From positions 904,989 to 968,988 of the forward strand of contig MTMF02000009.1 of the NCBI GenBank assembly GCA_002011125.2: a stretch of 64,000 nt of DNA, written 5' to 3'. Made by a program: the position numbers and the translations under genes. This DNA comes from Candidatus Hydrothermarchaeum profundi (GTDB lineage Archaea > Hydrothermarchaeota > Hydrothermarchaeia > Hydrothermarchaeales > Hydrothermarchaeaceae). Under the pieces are notes generated by a model. That model was given only the letters and a program-made list of their open reading frames with translations, did not search any database and had not been told where the DNA came from. Positions 55,958-64,000 of this stretch are shown here, piece after piece (within the stretch, counting starts at the first letter, position 1; the number at the start of each line of letters is the position of its first letter).

Positions 55958-58315
55958 ATGAAGGGCCTTTTGCTAGACATTGACTATAAAACTAGAGATG
56001 AGAAAGCAGTAGTTAGACTTTTTTTCAAAGGCGAGAAAGAGAACTTTATTGCTGAAGACGATACTTTTTATCCATACCTATATGTTTTGCCGACTACAGA
56101 TGACTTAGACTTACTTAAGGAGAATATAAAGAGATTAGAACAAGTCGTGGATGTTAGTGAGGAGCATAAGATTAATGGAAGAGAGATTCTAGTGTTAAAG
56201 GTTGTTGCCAAGCATCCTCAGGAAGTACCGAGATTACGTGCGATTTTAAAAGAAATTATTGGGCCTAACGCAGTATATGAACATGATATCCCGTTTGTTA
56301 GGCGGTATCTTATTGATAAAAAATTAATTCCTCTCACGTGGGTGGAAATTGAAGGCGATACCGTTGATGGAGTACTAAAAATAAGAAACTTCAAGCCTAT
56401 TGGAGGAAAATTTAACCCAGTTGTACTAGTCTTCGATATCGAAGTATATAATCCTAAAGGAGCTCCTAGGGCAGATAAAGATCCTATCATAATGATAAGT
56501 TTAGCGTCCACTACAGGCCTGAGGAAAGTTTTGACTTGGAGGAAACTAGAGAGCGATATGGATTATGTGGAAGTTCTAGAAGATGAGAAAGCTATACTAA
56601 AAAGATTCGAGGAAATAGTACGGGAAGAGAATCCTGATGTAATTGTAGGTTATAATACGGATAACTTTGACTTTCCATATATAAAGGAAAGGATTAAAAA
56701 ACTAAATACGGAGTTAGGTTTGGGGTGGGATAATTCCGAAGCTATTGTAACTAAGAGGAGAGGTCTATATGAGGCTAAAGTTAAGGGGAGGCCCCATATA
56801 GATATATACCCTATTGTAAGGAGGTCTATAAAGCTAACAAGCTATGTACTGGAAGATGTTGTAAGAGAGGTTTTAGAGGTAGATAAAGAGAAAATATCTA
56901 GCGATAAGCTTTGGCAATACTGGGATCATGGAGGAAAAGAACTTCAAGAGTTAATAAAATACTCGCTGGAGGATGCCGATTTCACATTGCAACTATGTGA
57001 AAAGTTCTTACCTCTTTATATTGAACTTTCTAGACTCGTGGGACAGACGCTACATGATGTAAGTAGGATGACTGCTGGCCAATTGGTTGAATGGTTGTTG
57101 ATGAAAGAGGCTGCTAGTAGGGGAAGTCTTATTCCTAATAGAGCTGGTGGAGAAGAGTTTCACCGTAGGAGGGAGGAGACATATGTAGGTGGGTATGTAA
57201 AGGAACCTAAAAAAGGGCTTTCAGAGAACATAGCGGTTTTTGATTTTAGAAGCCTATATCCTAGCGTTATAGTAACTCATAATATAGACCCGTTTACCTT
57301 TAACACGGAGGGGAAAGGAGATAAAGCTCCCGAATTTGAATACTGGTTTGATAAAGAGAAAAAAGGGTTTATACCTGCTATATTAGAGAATCTGATTGAA
57401 AATAGGTTGAATATTAAAAAGAGGATGAAAAAAGAAGTAGATCCAGTAAAGAGGAGAATATTGGATGTAGAGCAAAGGGCTTTAAAAATACTTGCCAATA
57501 GTTTTTACGGATACATGGGGTATCCTAGGGCAAGGTGGTACAAGAAAGAATGTGCGGAGAGTGTAACATCCTTCGCTAGGATGTATATTAAAAAAGTCAT
57601 GAGTATAGCTGAAGAAAAATTCGGCTTAGAGGTTGTCTATGGTGATACGGATTCCCTTTTCGTCGTAGTTCCTGAAGGGAAAAAAGAGAAGGTATTTGAA
57701 TTTTTAGATTTAGTTAATAAGGAACTGCCTGGTATAATTGAACTCGAGTTTGAAGACTTTTATCCGCGAGGGCTATTTGTTACTAAAAAGAGGTACGCCC
57801 TGATAAATGAGGAGGGAAAAGTCATTGTTAAAGGCTTAGAATTCGTGCGTAGGGATTGGGCTCCTATTGCCAAGAAAACCCAAGAAAGAGTACTCCACGC
57901 TCTGTTAAAGGATGCTTCTCCAGAGAAAGCTGCACGGATAGTTAGGAAGGTCGTTGAGGACATAAGAAACAGGAGAGTATCACTAGAGGACATAACGATT
58001 TATACACAGCTTACTAAGAAGATTTCCTCATATAAGAATATTGAGCCCCATGTAGAAGTCGCTAAAAAACTTCAGGAAAGGGGAGTCGAGATTACTCCTG
58101 GCATGACCTTAGGGTATGTTATTGTAAAAGGTACTAAACTAATTTCGAAGAGAGCTGAGCCCGTTGAATTTGTTACCCTAGAGGATTATGACCCAGAATA
58201 TTACATAGAGAATCAAATAATGCCAGCTGTTTTGAGGATATTTGAGGCAACGGGATATTCGAAGGATTATCTTAAATTTGGTGTTACTCAGGAGAGTATT
58301 GAAAAATGGTTTTGA
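55958..58315 (+). CDS. polB: Family B DNA polymerase (intein-free)
   Basis: FDIE ExoI, YN.D.FD, DFRSLYPS, K+LANSFYG, YGDTDS, KKRY; uracil-pocket residues (DY, VP, EHDIP) present. Confidence 0.95.
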   Translation: MKGLLLDIDYKTRDEKAVVRLFFKGEKENFIAEDDTFYPYLYVLPTTDDLDLLKENIKRLEQVVDVSEEHKINGREILVLKVVAKHPQEVPRLRAILKEIIGPNAVYEHDIPFVRRYLIDKKLIPLTWVEIEGDTVDGVLKIRNFKPIGGKFNPVVLVFDIEVYNPKGAPRADKDPIIMISLASTTGLRKVLTWRKLESDMDYVEVLEDEKAILKRFEEIVREENPDVIVGYNTDNFDFPYIKERIKKLNTELGLGWDNSEAIVTKRRGLYEAKVKGRPHIDIYPIVRRSIKLTSYVLEDVVREVLEVDKEKISSDKLWQYWDHGGKELQELIKYSLEDADFTLQLCEKFLPLYIELSRLVGQTLHDVSRMTAGQLVEWLLMKEAASRGSLIPNRAGGEEFHRRREETYVGGYVKEPKKGLSENIAVFDFRSLYPSVIVTHNIDPFTFNTEGKGDKAPEFEYWFDKEKKGFIPAILENLIENRLNIKKRMKKEVDPVKRRILDVEQRALKILANSFYGYMGYPRARWYKKECAESVTSFARMYIKKVMSIAEEKFGLEVVYGDTDSLFVVVPEGKKEKVFEFLDLVNKELPGIIELEFEDFYPRGLFVTKKRYALINEEGKVIVKGLEFVRRDWAPIAKKTQERVLHALLKDASPEKAARIVRKVVEDIRNRRVSLEDITIYTQLTKKISSYKNIEPHVEVAKKLQERGVEITPGMTLGYVIVKGTKLISKRAEPVEFVTLEDYDPEYYIENQIMPAVLRIFEATGYSKDYLKFGVTQESIEKWF

Positions 58316-58995
58316 AAGCGATTTTTTTCGACATAGATGATACTTTATATGACAGTAGCAAGCTAACAGCAATGGCTAGGATGAATTCTATTAAAGCTAT
58401 GATTGATTCAGGTCTACCCGAAAAAGACGAGAATAAAGTATATAAAATACTGGAGGGTATCATAGCAAAGTTTGGTCCGAACTATGGTAAGCATTACGAT
58501 GAGCTTCTGAGAGAGTTAGGGCTAAAATGGGATCCTAAGATAATTGCCGCCGGCGTTGTCGCATATGAGCATACTAAAGTTGGCTACCTGAAGCCGTTTC
58601 CCGGGGTTATCCCCACCTTATTAGAGCTGAAAAAGAATTATAAGATAGGCGTTATATCTAACGGCCTTGCGGTTAAACAGTGGGAAAAGCTTATTGGATT
58701 AGGTATTCATCATTTTATGGATATAGTGGTAACTTCAGAGGAAGTGGGTGTAGAAAAGCCCGATAAGAAAATTTTTGAGCATGCTATTAATGAGCTTGGA
58801 TTACTCCCAACTGAGTGTGTTATGGTGGGTGATAGGCTCGATACCGATATCGCAGGAGGCAAAGGGGTTGGAATGTACACTGTTCGTATAAAGAAAGGTA
58901 AGAGGGCAGCCGAGAAGTCAGGTATAGAGAATCTCCCAGATTATGAGACTAGCGATTTTAGCGAATTGCCAGGAATCTTGGAAAAAATAGAATAA
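58306..58995 (+). CDS. HAD-family hydrolase (TIGR02253-like)
   Basis: FFDIDDTL, QWEKL, EKP, MVGDRLDTDI. Confidence 0.88.
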   Translation: MVLKAIFFDIDDTLYDSSKLTAMARMNSIKAMIDSGLPEKDENKVYKILEGIIAKFGPNYGKHYDELLRELGLKWDPKIIAAGVVAYEHTKVGYLKPFPGVIPTLLELKKNYKIGVISNGLAVKQWEKLIGLGIHHFMDIVVTSEEVGVEKPDKKIFEHAINELGLLPTECVMVGDRLDTDIAGGKGVGMYTVRIKKGKRAAEKSGIENLPDYETSDFSELPGILEKIE

Positions 58996-58999
58996 TGAT

Positions 59000-59266
59000 A
59001 TGACTGGAAAAAAAGACTATTTAATTTACTTTGTAGCAATAGTAGTAGGCATAGTGGTTGAGATTTTGGGTATTAGGTTTGAGGGAGTGATGATGAGAAT
59101 GAATCTCTCAGCTAGAGTAGGATTTTTGATCTCTCTTTTTCTACTTATATTTAGCCCCTTTTTTACAACGGGAGTAATTGTTTACAAGCTCACTGGGGAA
59201 CTTATGAAAGGAGTAGTTCTCTCAGCATTAGTTTTTGCGCTTTCGCTGATTATTCTCTTGATATAA
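59000..59266 (+). CDS. Small three-TM membrane protein, function unknown
   Basis: 88 aa, three hydrophobic segments, directly after the HAD gene. Confidence 0.55.
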   Translation: MTGKKDYLIYFVAIVVGIVVEILGIRFEGVMMRMNLSARVGFLISLFLLIFSPFFTTGVIVYKLTGELMKGVVLSALVFALSLIILLI

Positions 59267-59346
59267 ATAAATCTTCATTAAGTTTTTATTAGTCATGGAA
59301 TTATAATGGAAAACGATTCTTAAACATAAAAGCGAGCTGATGGTAG

Positions 59347-60234
59347 ATGAAAGAAAAAGAAAAATATCTAGAGGCTGGAAGGATAGCAGCAGAGGTAATG
59401 GATGAAGGGTACAGAGAGATAAAAGAAGGCGTAAAGCTATTAGATCTCGCTAATTATGTTGAAAAATTGATATATGAAAAGGGAGCTAAACCTGCGTTTC
59501 CGTGTAATATCTCGGTTAACTCGGTTGCTGCTCATTACTCGCCAGATGCATGGGATGAAACGGTGATTAAAAAGAGCGATCTGGTTAAGCTTGACTTAGG
59601 AGTGCATGTTAACGGATACATAGCTGACATCGCAAGATCGAAAATAGTTGGAGGAAATAAAAGCGATCTAATAAAGGCCGCGGAAGAAGCATTAGAAAAC
59701 GTGATTGAGGCAATAAAACCTGGTGTAACTACAAGCGAGCTTGGAGAAGCTGTTGAAAAGACCATCGAAAGCTACGGTTATAGGCCTATAGTAAATCTTA
59801 CTGGACACATGTTAACGAGGTGGAATTTACACGGCGGAATAACGATACCAAATATTAAAACCACTTCAGGAGAAACATTGAAAGAGGGCCAGGTTTTCGC
59901 TATCGAGCCCTTTGCTACGGATGGGGAAGGGAGGGTAGTGGATGAACCAAATGCCATAATTTTTAGATATCTGCAAGACCGCCCACTACGGATAAAAGAG
60001 GCGAGAGAGATATTAAAATACGTTAAAGATAATTATAATACCTTACCTTTTGCGGAAAGATGGATAGCCCATTTAGTCCCACGATTTAAACTTAACCAAG
60101 CTCTACGGCAACTCGTATTTACAAAAGCGATATATGCATATCATATTCTGAGAGAAAAAAAGAGGGGTCTTGTGTCACAGGCAGAACATACAGTAATAGT
60201 TACAAAGAATGGCTGTGAAGTCACGACTCTATGA
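59347..60234 (+). CDS. map: Type II methionine aminopeptidase
   Basis: AFP.NIS.N..AAHY, KLD.GVH..GYIAD, NL.GH, AIEPF, QAEHT. Confidence 0.93.
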   Translation: MKEKEKYLEAGRIAAEVMDEGYREIKEGVKLLDLANYVEKLIYEKGAKPAFPCNISVNSVAAHYSPDAWDETVIKKSDLVKLDLGVHVNGYIADIARSKIVGGNKSDLIKAAEEALENVIEAIKPGVTTSELGEAVEKTIESYGYRPIVNLTGHMLTRWNLHGGITIPNIKTTSGETLKEGQVFAIEPFATDGEGRVVDEPNAIIFRYLQDRPLRIKEAREILKYVKDNYNTLPFAERWIAHLVPRFKLNQALRQLVFTKAIYAYHILREKKRGLVSQAEHTVIVTKNGCEVTTL

Positions 60235-61597
60235 TGCCTTCTTTTTCCAATATTCCTCTTGCAGCCATGACCCCTGTTGCGGAAGCAATTATCAGTCCTC
60301 TAGAGACGCCTACACCATCTCCTGCTACAAATAGGTTAGGGATACTAGTTTCCATATTTTTGCCGACTTCAACTTGCATAGCATAAAACTTTATTTCTGG
60401 GGCATAAAGGAGAGTGGAGTCTGATGCAACCCCGGGTATGACTTTATCGAGTCCATCTAGGCCTTCTAAGATATTCGTTACGACTCTATGAGGCATAACC
60501 ATAGCTATATCCCCTGGAGTAGCGCCTAAGAAAGTAGGTTTTACGATACCGCTTTTAATCCTCTTCCAAGTAGACCTTCTGCCCCTTCTTAAATCTCCCA
60601 GTCTTTGGATCAGTGGTTCTCCCCCACCCAAAGTTGTGGCCGTTCTCGCTATTGATTCTCCATAGTCAGTCGTATTTTCTACCGGCTCAGTAAGCTCGAT
60701 TCGCGTTAAAAAAGCAAAATTAGTATTTTCTGACTCTTTATCTCTCAGAGAGTGACCGTTTACTCCGACATAACCTCTATAGACTTCTTTTACTACAAAT
60801 CCCCTATGATTTACACAGAAAGTTCTAACGAAGTCGTCATAAGTCTTAGTTATAATATGGAATTTTGGATCTCTATTAATCCGGCATACTGGGTCCATAA
60901 CAATTCCAGGAACTTCAACTCTTACTCCGACATCTATTGGCCCATGTCTCATATCAATTCCAAGTTTTTTTGCTTGCTCTACTATCCACGAAGCTCCAGC
61001 TCGACCAGGAGCGGCTATAATGTATTTAGCTTTAATTTTTTTTCCATTTTCTAATTCCACGCCATTTTTGATTATATTCCTGACCTGAGTCTTAAGGAGA
61101 AATTTCACTCCTCTATCTTTAAGAGTCTTTTCAATAGATGCTATTACTTCTGGAGTATGATCGCTCCCAATATGTCTCTGAGGTATCTGGACGAATTCTA
61201 TACCAGCTGAAGCAGCCTTCCTAGATAATTCTTCTTCCTCTAATGGGGTAGCTTGATAAAGTTTATCAGGTGCGCCGTGGGCTACATAAATACCATCGAC
61301 ATATTTTACCAATTCCCATGCTTCTCTCTCATTTAAGAATCTGTATAGATCTCCACCTATATCAGGTCTTATATTTAGGGTACCATCAGATAGTCCTCCT
61401 GCTCCCCCAACCCCACTCATAACATTACATGGATCGCACCCGATACAAATGCCCGTTTTTTCCATCGGGCACTTTCTCTGTGAAACGGTCTTACCCATGT
61501 CGATTATCAATATTTTAAGCTTACTTCGCTCTGACAGCTCAAGACCTGCAAAAAGACCTGCTGGTCCTGCTCCGATAATCACCACATCATACTCCAT
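60221..61597 (-). CDS. FAD-dependent oxidoreductase (COG2509-like)
   Basis: GAGPAG, C..C.PC, G.GGAG..SDG, HIGSD, D+GVRVE, RTFC, VNGHS, APEIKFY, GDG.G.SRG. Confidence 0.82.
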   Translation of the reverse strand: MEYDVVIIGAGPAGLFAGLELSERSKLKILIIDMGKTVSQRKCPMEKTGICIGCDPCNVMSGVGGAGGLSDGTLNIRPDIGGDLYRFLNEREAWELVKYVDGIYVAHGAPDKLYQATPLEEEELSRKAASAGIEFVQIPQRHIGSDHTPEVIASIEKTLKDRGVKFLLKTQVRNIIKNGVELENGKKIKAKYIIAAPGRAGASWIVEQAKKLGIDMRHGPIDVGVRVEVPGIVMDPVCRINRDPKFHIITKTYDDFVRTFCVNHRGFVVKEVYRGYVGVNGHSLRDKESENTNFAFLTRIELTEPVENTTDYGESIARTATTLGGGEPLIQRLGDLRRGRRSTWKRIKSGIVKPTFLGATPGDIAMVMPHRVVTNILEGLDGLDKVIPGVASDSTLLYAPEIKFYAMQVEVGKNMETSIPNLFVAGDGVGVSRGLIIASATGVMAARGILEKEGIIES

Positions 61598-61725
61598 TTT
61601 TTAGCCCCATGAGTTTGCGTAGGTTCGACTATTTTAACCTTACGCAGATTATAGGCTAACGATTTGAAAAAATTTCCTAAAAAAGTTAGTAAGAAATATA
61701 TCCTATAAGCCTTTAATTGCACTTT

Positions 61726-62238
61726 ATGAAAATAGTGGCGGTAATAGGGGCTGGAAGGAAATCTGGTAAAACAACAACTATTGAGGCTCTTGTTAAAGAA
61801 CTTTCTGCTAGGAATTTTGAAGTTGGCACTATAAAACAAATACATGAGGAGGATTTTTCTATAGATAAGCCGTATAAGGATACTTGGAGACATGCCGAGG
61901 CTGGTGCGAAAATTGTAGTATCCGCAGCTCCTAACGAAGTGGCAGCTATTAAAAGGCTAAGGGACGGTGATAGGTTTTCTGAGGCTATGGGTTTCTTGGA
62001 AAAAGAGGATTTAGATTTTGTTATTATAGAGGGGAATCCTGGGGTGAGCGTAGATAAAATCCTTGCTATTAGAGATGCAACTTCAGCAGCCGATATCTTG
62101 ATGAAAGTGAAGAGAATATTGTTTATATCTACCTTATCACAGAATTTTGATAGTTCTAAATTTAATGTTCCCGTTTTTAATCCCTTAAAGGATCAGATTA
62201 AAATGATCGACTTTTTCCTAAATTCTTTGGATAAGTGA
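61726..62238 (+). CDS. mobB: Molybdopterin-guanine dinucleotide biosynthesis protein B
   Basis: KSGKTT P-loop, +K.IH, D...KDTWRH..AGA, D+V++EG. Confidence 0.85.
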   Translation: MKIVAVIGAGRKSGKTTTIEALVKELSARNFEVGTIKQIHEEDFSIDKPYKDTWRHAEAGAKIVVSAAPNEVAAIKRLRDGDRFSEAMGFLEKEDLDFVIIEGNPGVSVDKILAIRDATSAADILMKVKRILFISTLSQNFDSSKFNVPVFNPLKDQIKMIDFFLNSLDK

Positions 62239-62357
62239 CTTAGATTAATTCTATTAAAATCATCAAATTATTTTTAAATCCATGGTAACTTGTATGGCAC
62301 TGCGAGTTCTCCTATACGATTTTTTTCGTTAATAACTCACAAGAGAGATGAGGAACA

Positions 62358-63032
62358 ATGAAAAGCATAGTAGAACTATTTGCCAAGTCTCCTTTTAAGC
62401 CATTAGAACTGCATGTTGAAAAAGTAAAGCTCTGTTCAGATATGTTTAGGGAATGTGTAATTGCATATTGTAAAAGCGATTTTGAAAAAGCCGAGACTTT
62501 AGCTGTAGAGATTTCAAGAATAGAGCACGAAGCAGATAAAATTAAAAATTTTATTCGTGAACATCTTCCCAAAGGAATTTTTATGCCGGTGGATAGAGGA
62601 GACCTTCTCAATTATTTATCTGAACAAGACAAAGTCGCAGATTATATTGAGGAAACTGCTCTTACTCTTGCTCTTAGAAGAACTATGCTATCAGAAGACC
62701 TAAGAGAGGACTTTCTAGATCTCGCCAAAAAAACGTGCGACGTTGTAGATTTAATTCCTCTTACAGTTAAGAGCATGAGCGGGCTTTTAGAGACCTCTTA
62801 TCTAAAAAAAGGCGAGGGGAAGATAATGGAATACATAAGATTAATGAAAGAAAAAGAGGAACTTACAGATCAACTTGACTTAAAGATTAGGAAAGAACTC
62901 TTCGACAAAGAAGATGAATTTACACATGGTGAGTTTTTTCATTTAATGAGGACAATTAAGCTTCTTTCTAGGATTGCTGATCATGCAGAAAACTGTGGTG
63001 ATCGGATGCTTATTATGATAGCTAAGGTTTAA
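62358..63032 (+). CDS. DUF47/TIGR00153 PhoU-like phosphate transport regulator
   Basis: LF.KSPF.PL..H, EHEAD.IK..IR.HLP..+F+PVDR.D, QD.+AD, IAD.AE. Confidence 0.85.
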   Translation: MKSIVELFAKSPFKPLELHVEKVKLCSDMFRECVIAYCKSDFEKAETLAVEISRIEHEADKIKNFIREHLPKGIFMPVDRGDLLNYLSEQDKVADYIEETALTLALRRTMLSEDLREDFLDLAKKTCDVVDLIPLTVKSMSGLLETSYLKKGEGKIMEYIRLMKEKEELTDQLDLKIRKELFDKEDEFTHGEFFHLMRTIKLLSRIADHAENCGDRMLIMIAKV

Positions 63033-63045
63033 GGAGGTAGATTAT

Positions 63046-63339
63046 GTGATTGAACCTAAGACTGAGATAATAATGGTGGGGCATATACTGGAAAAAGGAA
63101 TAGTATTCAAGCTCTATGAGGCGATAAAGGATATAGATGTAGATGTAAAGCACTGTGAAATATCATTTACAACACTTAAGGACGGTATAGAGGAGAAGAA
63201 ACCTTCTACCATGAGGTTCTATTTAATAGGGCCAAAAGAGGAAAGAGATAAGGCACTTAAGAAAATAGAGGAGCTGGCACAAGAAACTGGGTGCGGTGTT
63301 CAGAGAGTGGATTATGATAAACTTTGGGTTAAAACCTGA
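63046..63339 (+). CDS. Small ACT-like protein resembling the N-terminal domain of TIGR00300/LOR-SDH proteins
   Basis: GGAGG SD, GTG start; E+.+.GHI+..G+...I..; ferredoxin-like alternation of strands and helices. Confidence 0.55.
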   Translation: MIEPKTEIIMVGHILEKGIVFKLYEAIKDIDVDVKHCEISFTTLKDGIEEKKPSTMRFYLIGPKEERDKALKKIEELAQETGCGVQRVDYDKLWVKT

Positions 63340-63966
63340 TTACTCAGATTTCTTAAAAGTTCTACAGAATACCGGCCCGTTTGGCTTTTCCTCGGAGAAT
63401 ATCACGCCTTTAAACCGATATACTTTCGTATTGATGTCAAACCAAGAGTCTGGGAGGAGCCCAGCTTTCATGCAGGTGTGAGATAGGAACTCTTCGGTGT
63501 CCCATCCAAATTCAACAGGGACTTGCGGTAATAAAAGCCCTCTATTTAAGCCTTTTTCAACTATTAAACCATCTTCCCCAATTTTTATAGTATCTAGATA
63601 ATCCTTTGGCGATTTAACTCTAATTAGTTCTGGTGGGGTAAGAATACTTACCTCTAAGATAATATGCTCAAGTTCATACTTAGTAAGATGAGGAAAGCGA
63701 GGGTCTTGGGTAGCTGCAGCTATCGCAGACTTTATAGTAGCATCTACTAGCGGCATAATTGGTTCTGGATAGCCTATGCATCCTCTAAGTTCCTTAGAAG
63801 GATAGGTCTCAATAGTTACAAAGACTCCTGCATTTTGTGATAATTTTTTAGGATATTCTTTTGGCGGGTCAATGACCCTACCCTCGCGTATATATTCAGT
63901 AATAGCTTTCCTAGCTAGTTTGACTAGAAATTCACCATCTTCTATAGAGTATTCTACTGGTTTCAT
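63340..63966 (-). CDS. AMMECR1-domain protein (TIGR00296)
   Basis: GVFVT, LRGCIG, AA..DPRF, EVSILT, GLLLPQV, C.KAGL. Confidence 0.9.
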   Translation of the reverse strand: MKPVEYSIEDGEFLVKLARKAITEYIREGRVIDPPKEYPKKLSQNAGVFVTIETYPSKELRGCIGYPEPIMPLVDATIKSAIAAATQDPRFPHLTKYELEHIILEVSILTPPELIRVKSPKDYLDTIKIGEDGLIVEKGLNRGLLLPQVPVEFGWDTEEFLSHTCMKAGLLPDSWFDINTKVYRFKGVIFSEEKPNGPVFCRTFKKSE

Positions 63967-64000
63967 TTCGTGTAAAAAATATATCTTTTTGGGGCTAAAT

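Noticed and set aside
55958-58315. Intein in PolB
   Set aside because: 785 aa with contiguous polymerase motifs.
1-64000. CRISPR array, tRNA/rRNA, transposase or integrase; the many short shadow ORFs
   Set aside because: None recognised by eye; the short ORFs overlap well-supported genes and lack motifs.

Overview
Archaeal chromosomal window (about 40% GC; gene content suggests a euryarchaeote-like lineage, possibly Hydrothermarchaeota, which is an unverified guess). It has three parts. (1) 1-10.2 kb is housekeeping: radical SAM protein, oapABC, a ugd-galU-uxs-galE UDP-sugar operon, elp3 and a small AbrB-type gene missing from the ORF track. (2) 10.5-38.3 kb is a co-oriented extracellular multiheme cytochrome c cluster: an Ig-like membrane protein, a 3924-aa cytochrome (67 CxxCH by hand count plus about 10 non-canonical motifs), a 2.2-kaa adhesin/S-layer-like protein, a cytochrome-CWB2 fusion, a 2035-aa cytochrome (33 CxxCH) and a small FAGxH-type cytochrome. 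The 2035-aa gene carries an exact 1332-bp duplication whose first 333 codons never end in A. (3) 38.3-64 kb holds Fe-S and regulatory genes, leuCD, three tubulin/FtsZ (CetZ-like) paralogues, leuA, cimA, ilvBHC, polB, map, mobB and others. The best candidate for an undescribed system is in part 3. leuA and cimA each sit in the +1 frame of a short SD-led leader ORF with the same architecture. Each leader ends its conserved GG-GAT-NNC-NTT motif at the codon of the pathway end product (Leu for leuA, Ile for cimA), which suggests amino-acid-sensing +1 ribosomal frameshifting or leader-peptide control. All family calls are by motif recognition; no searches were run.
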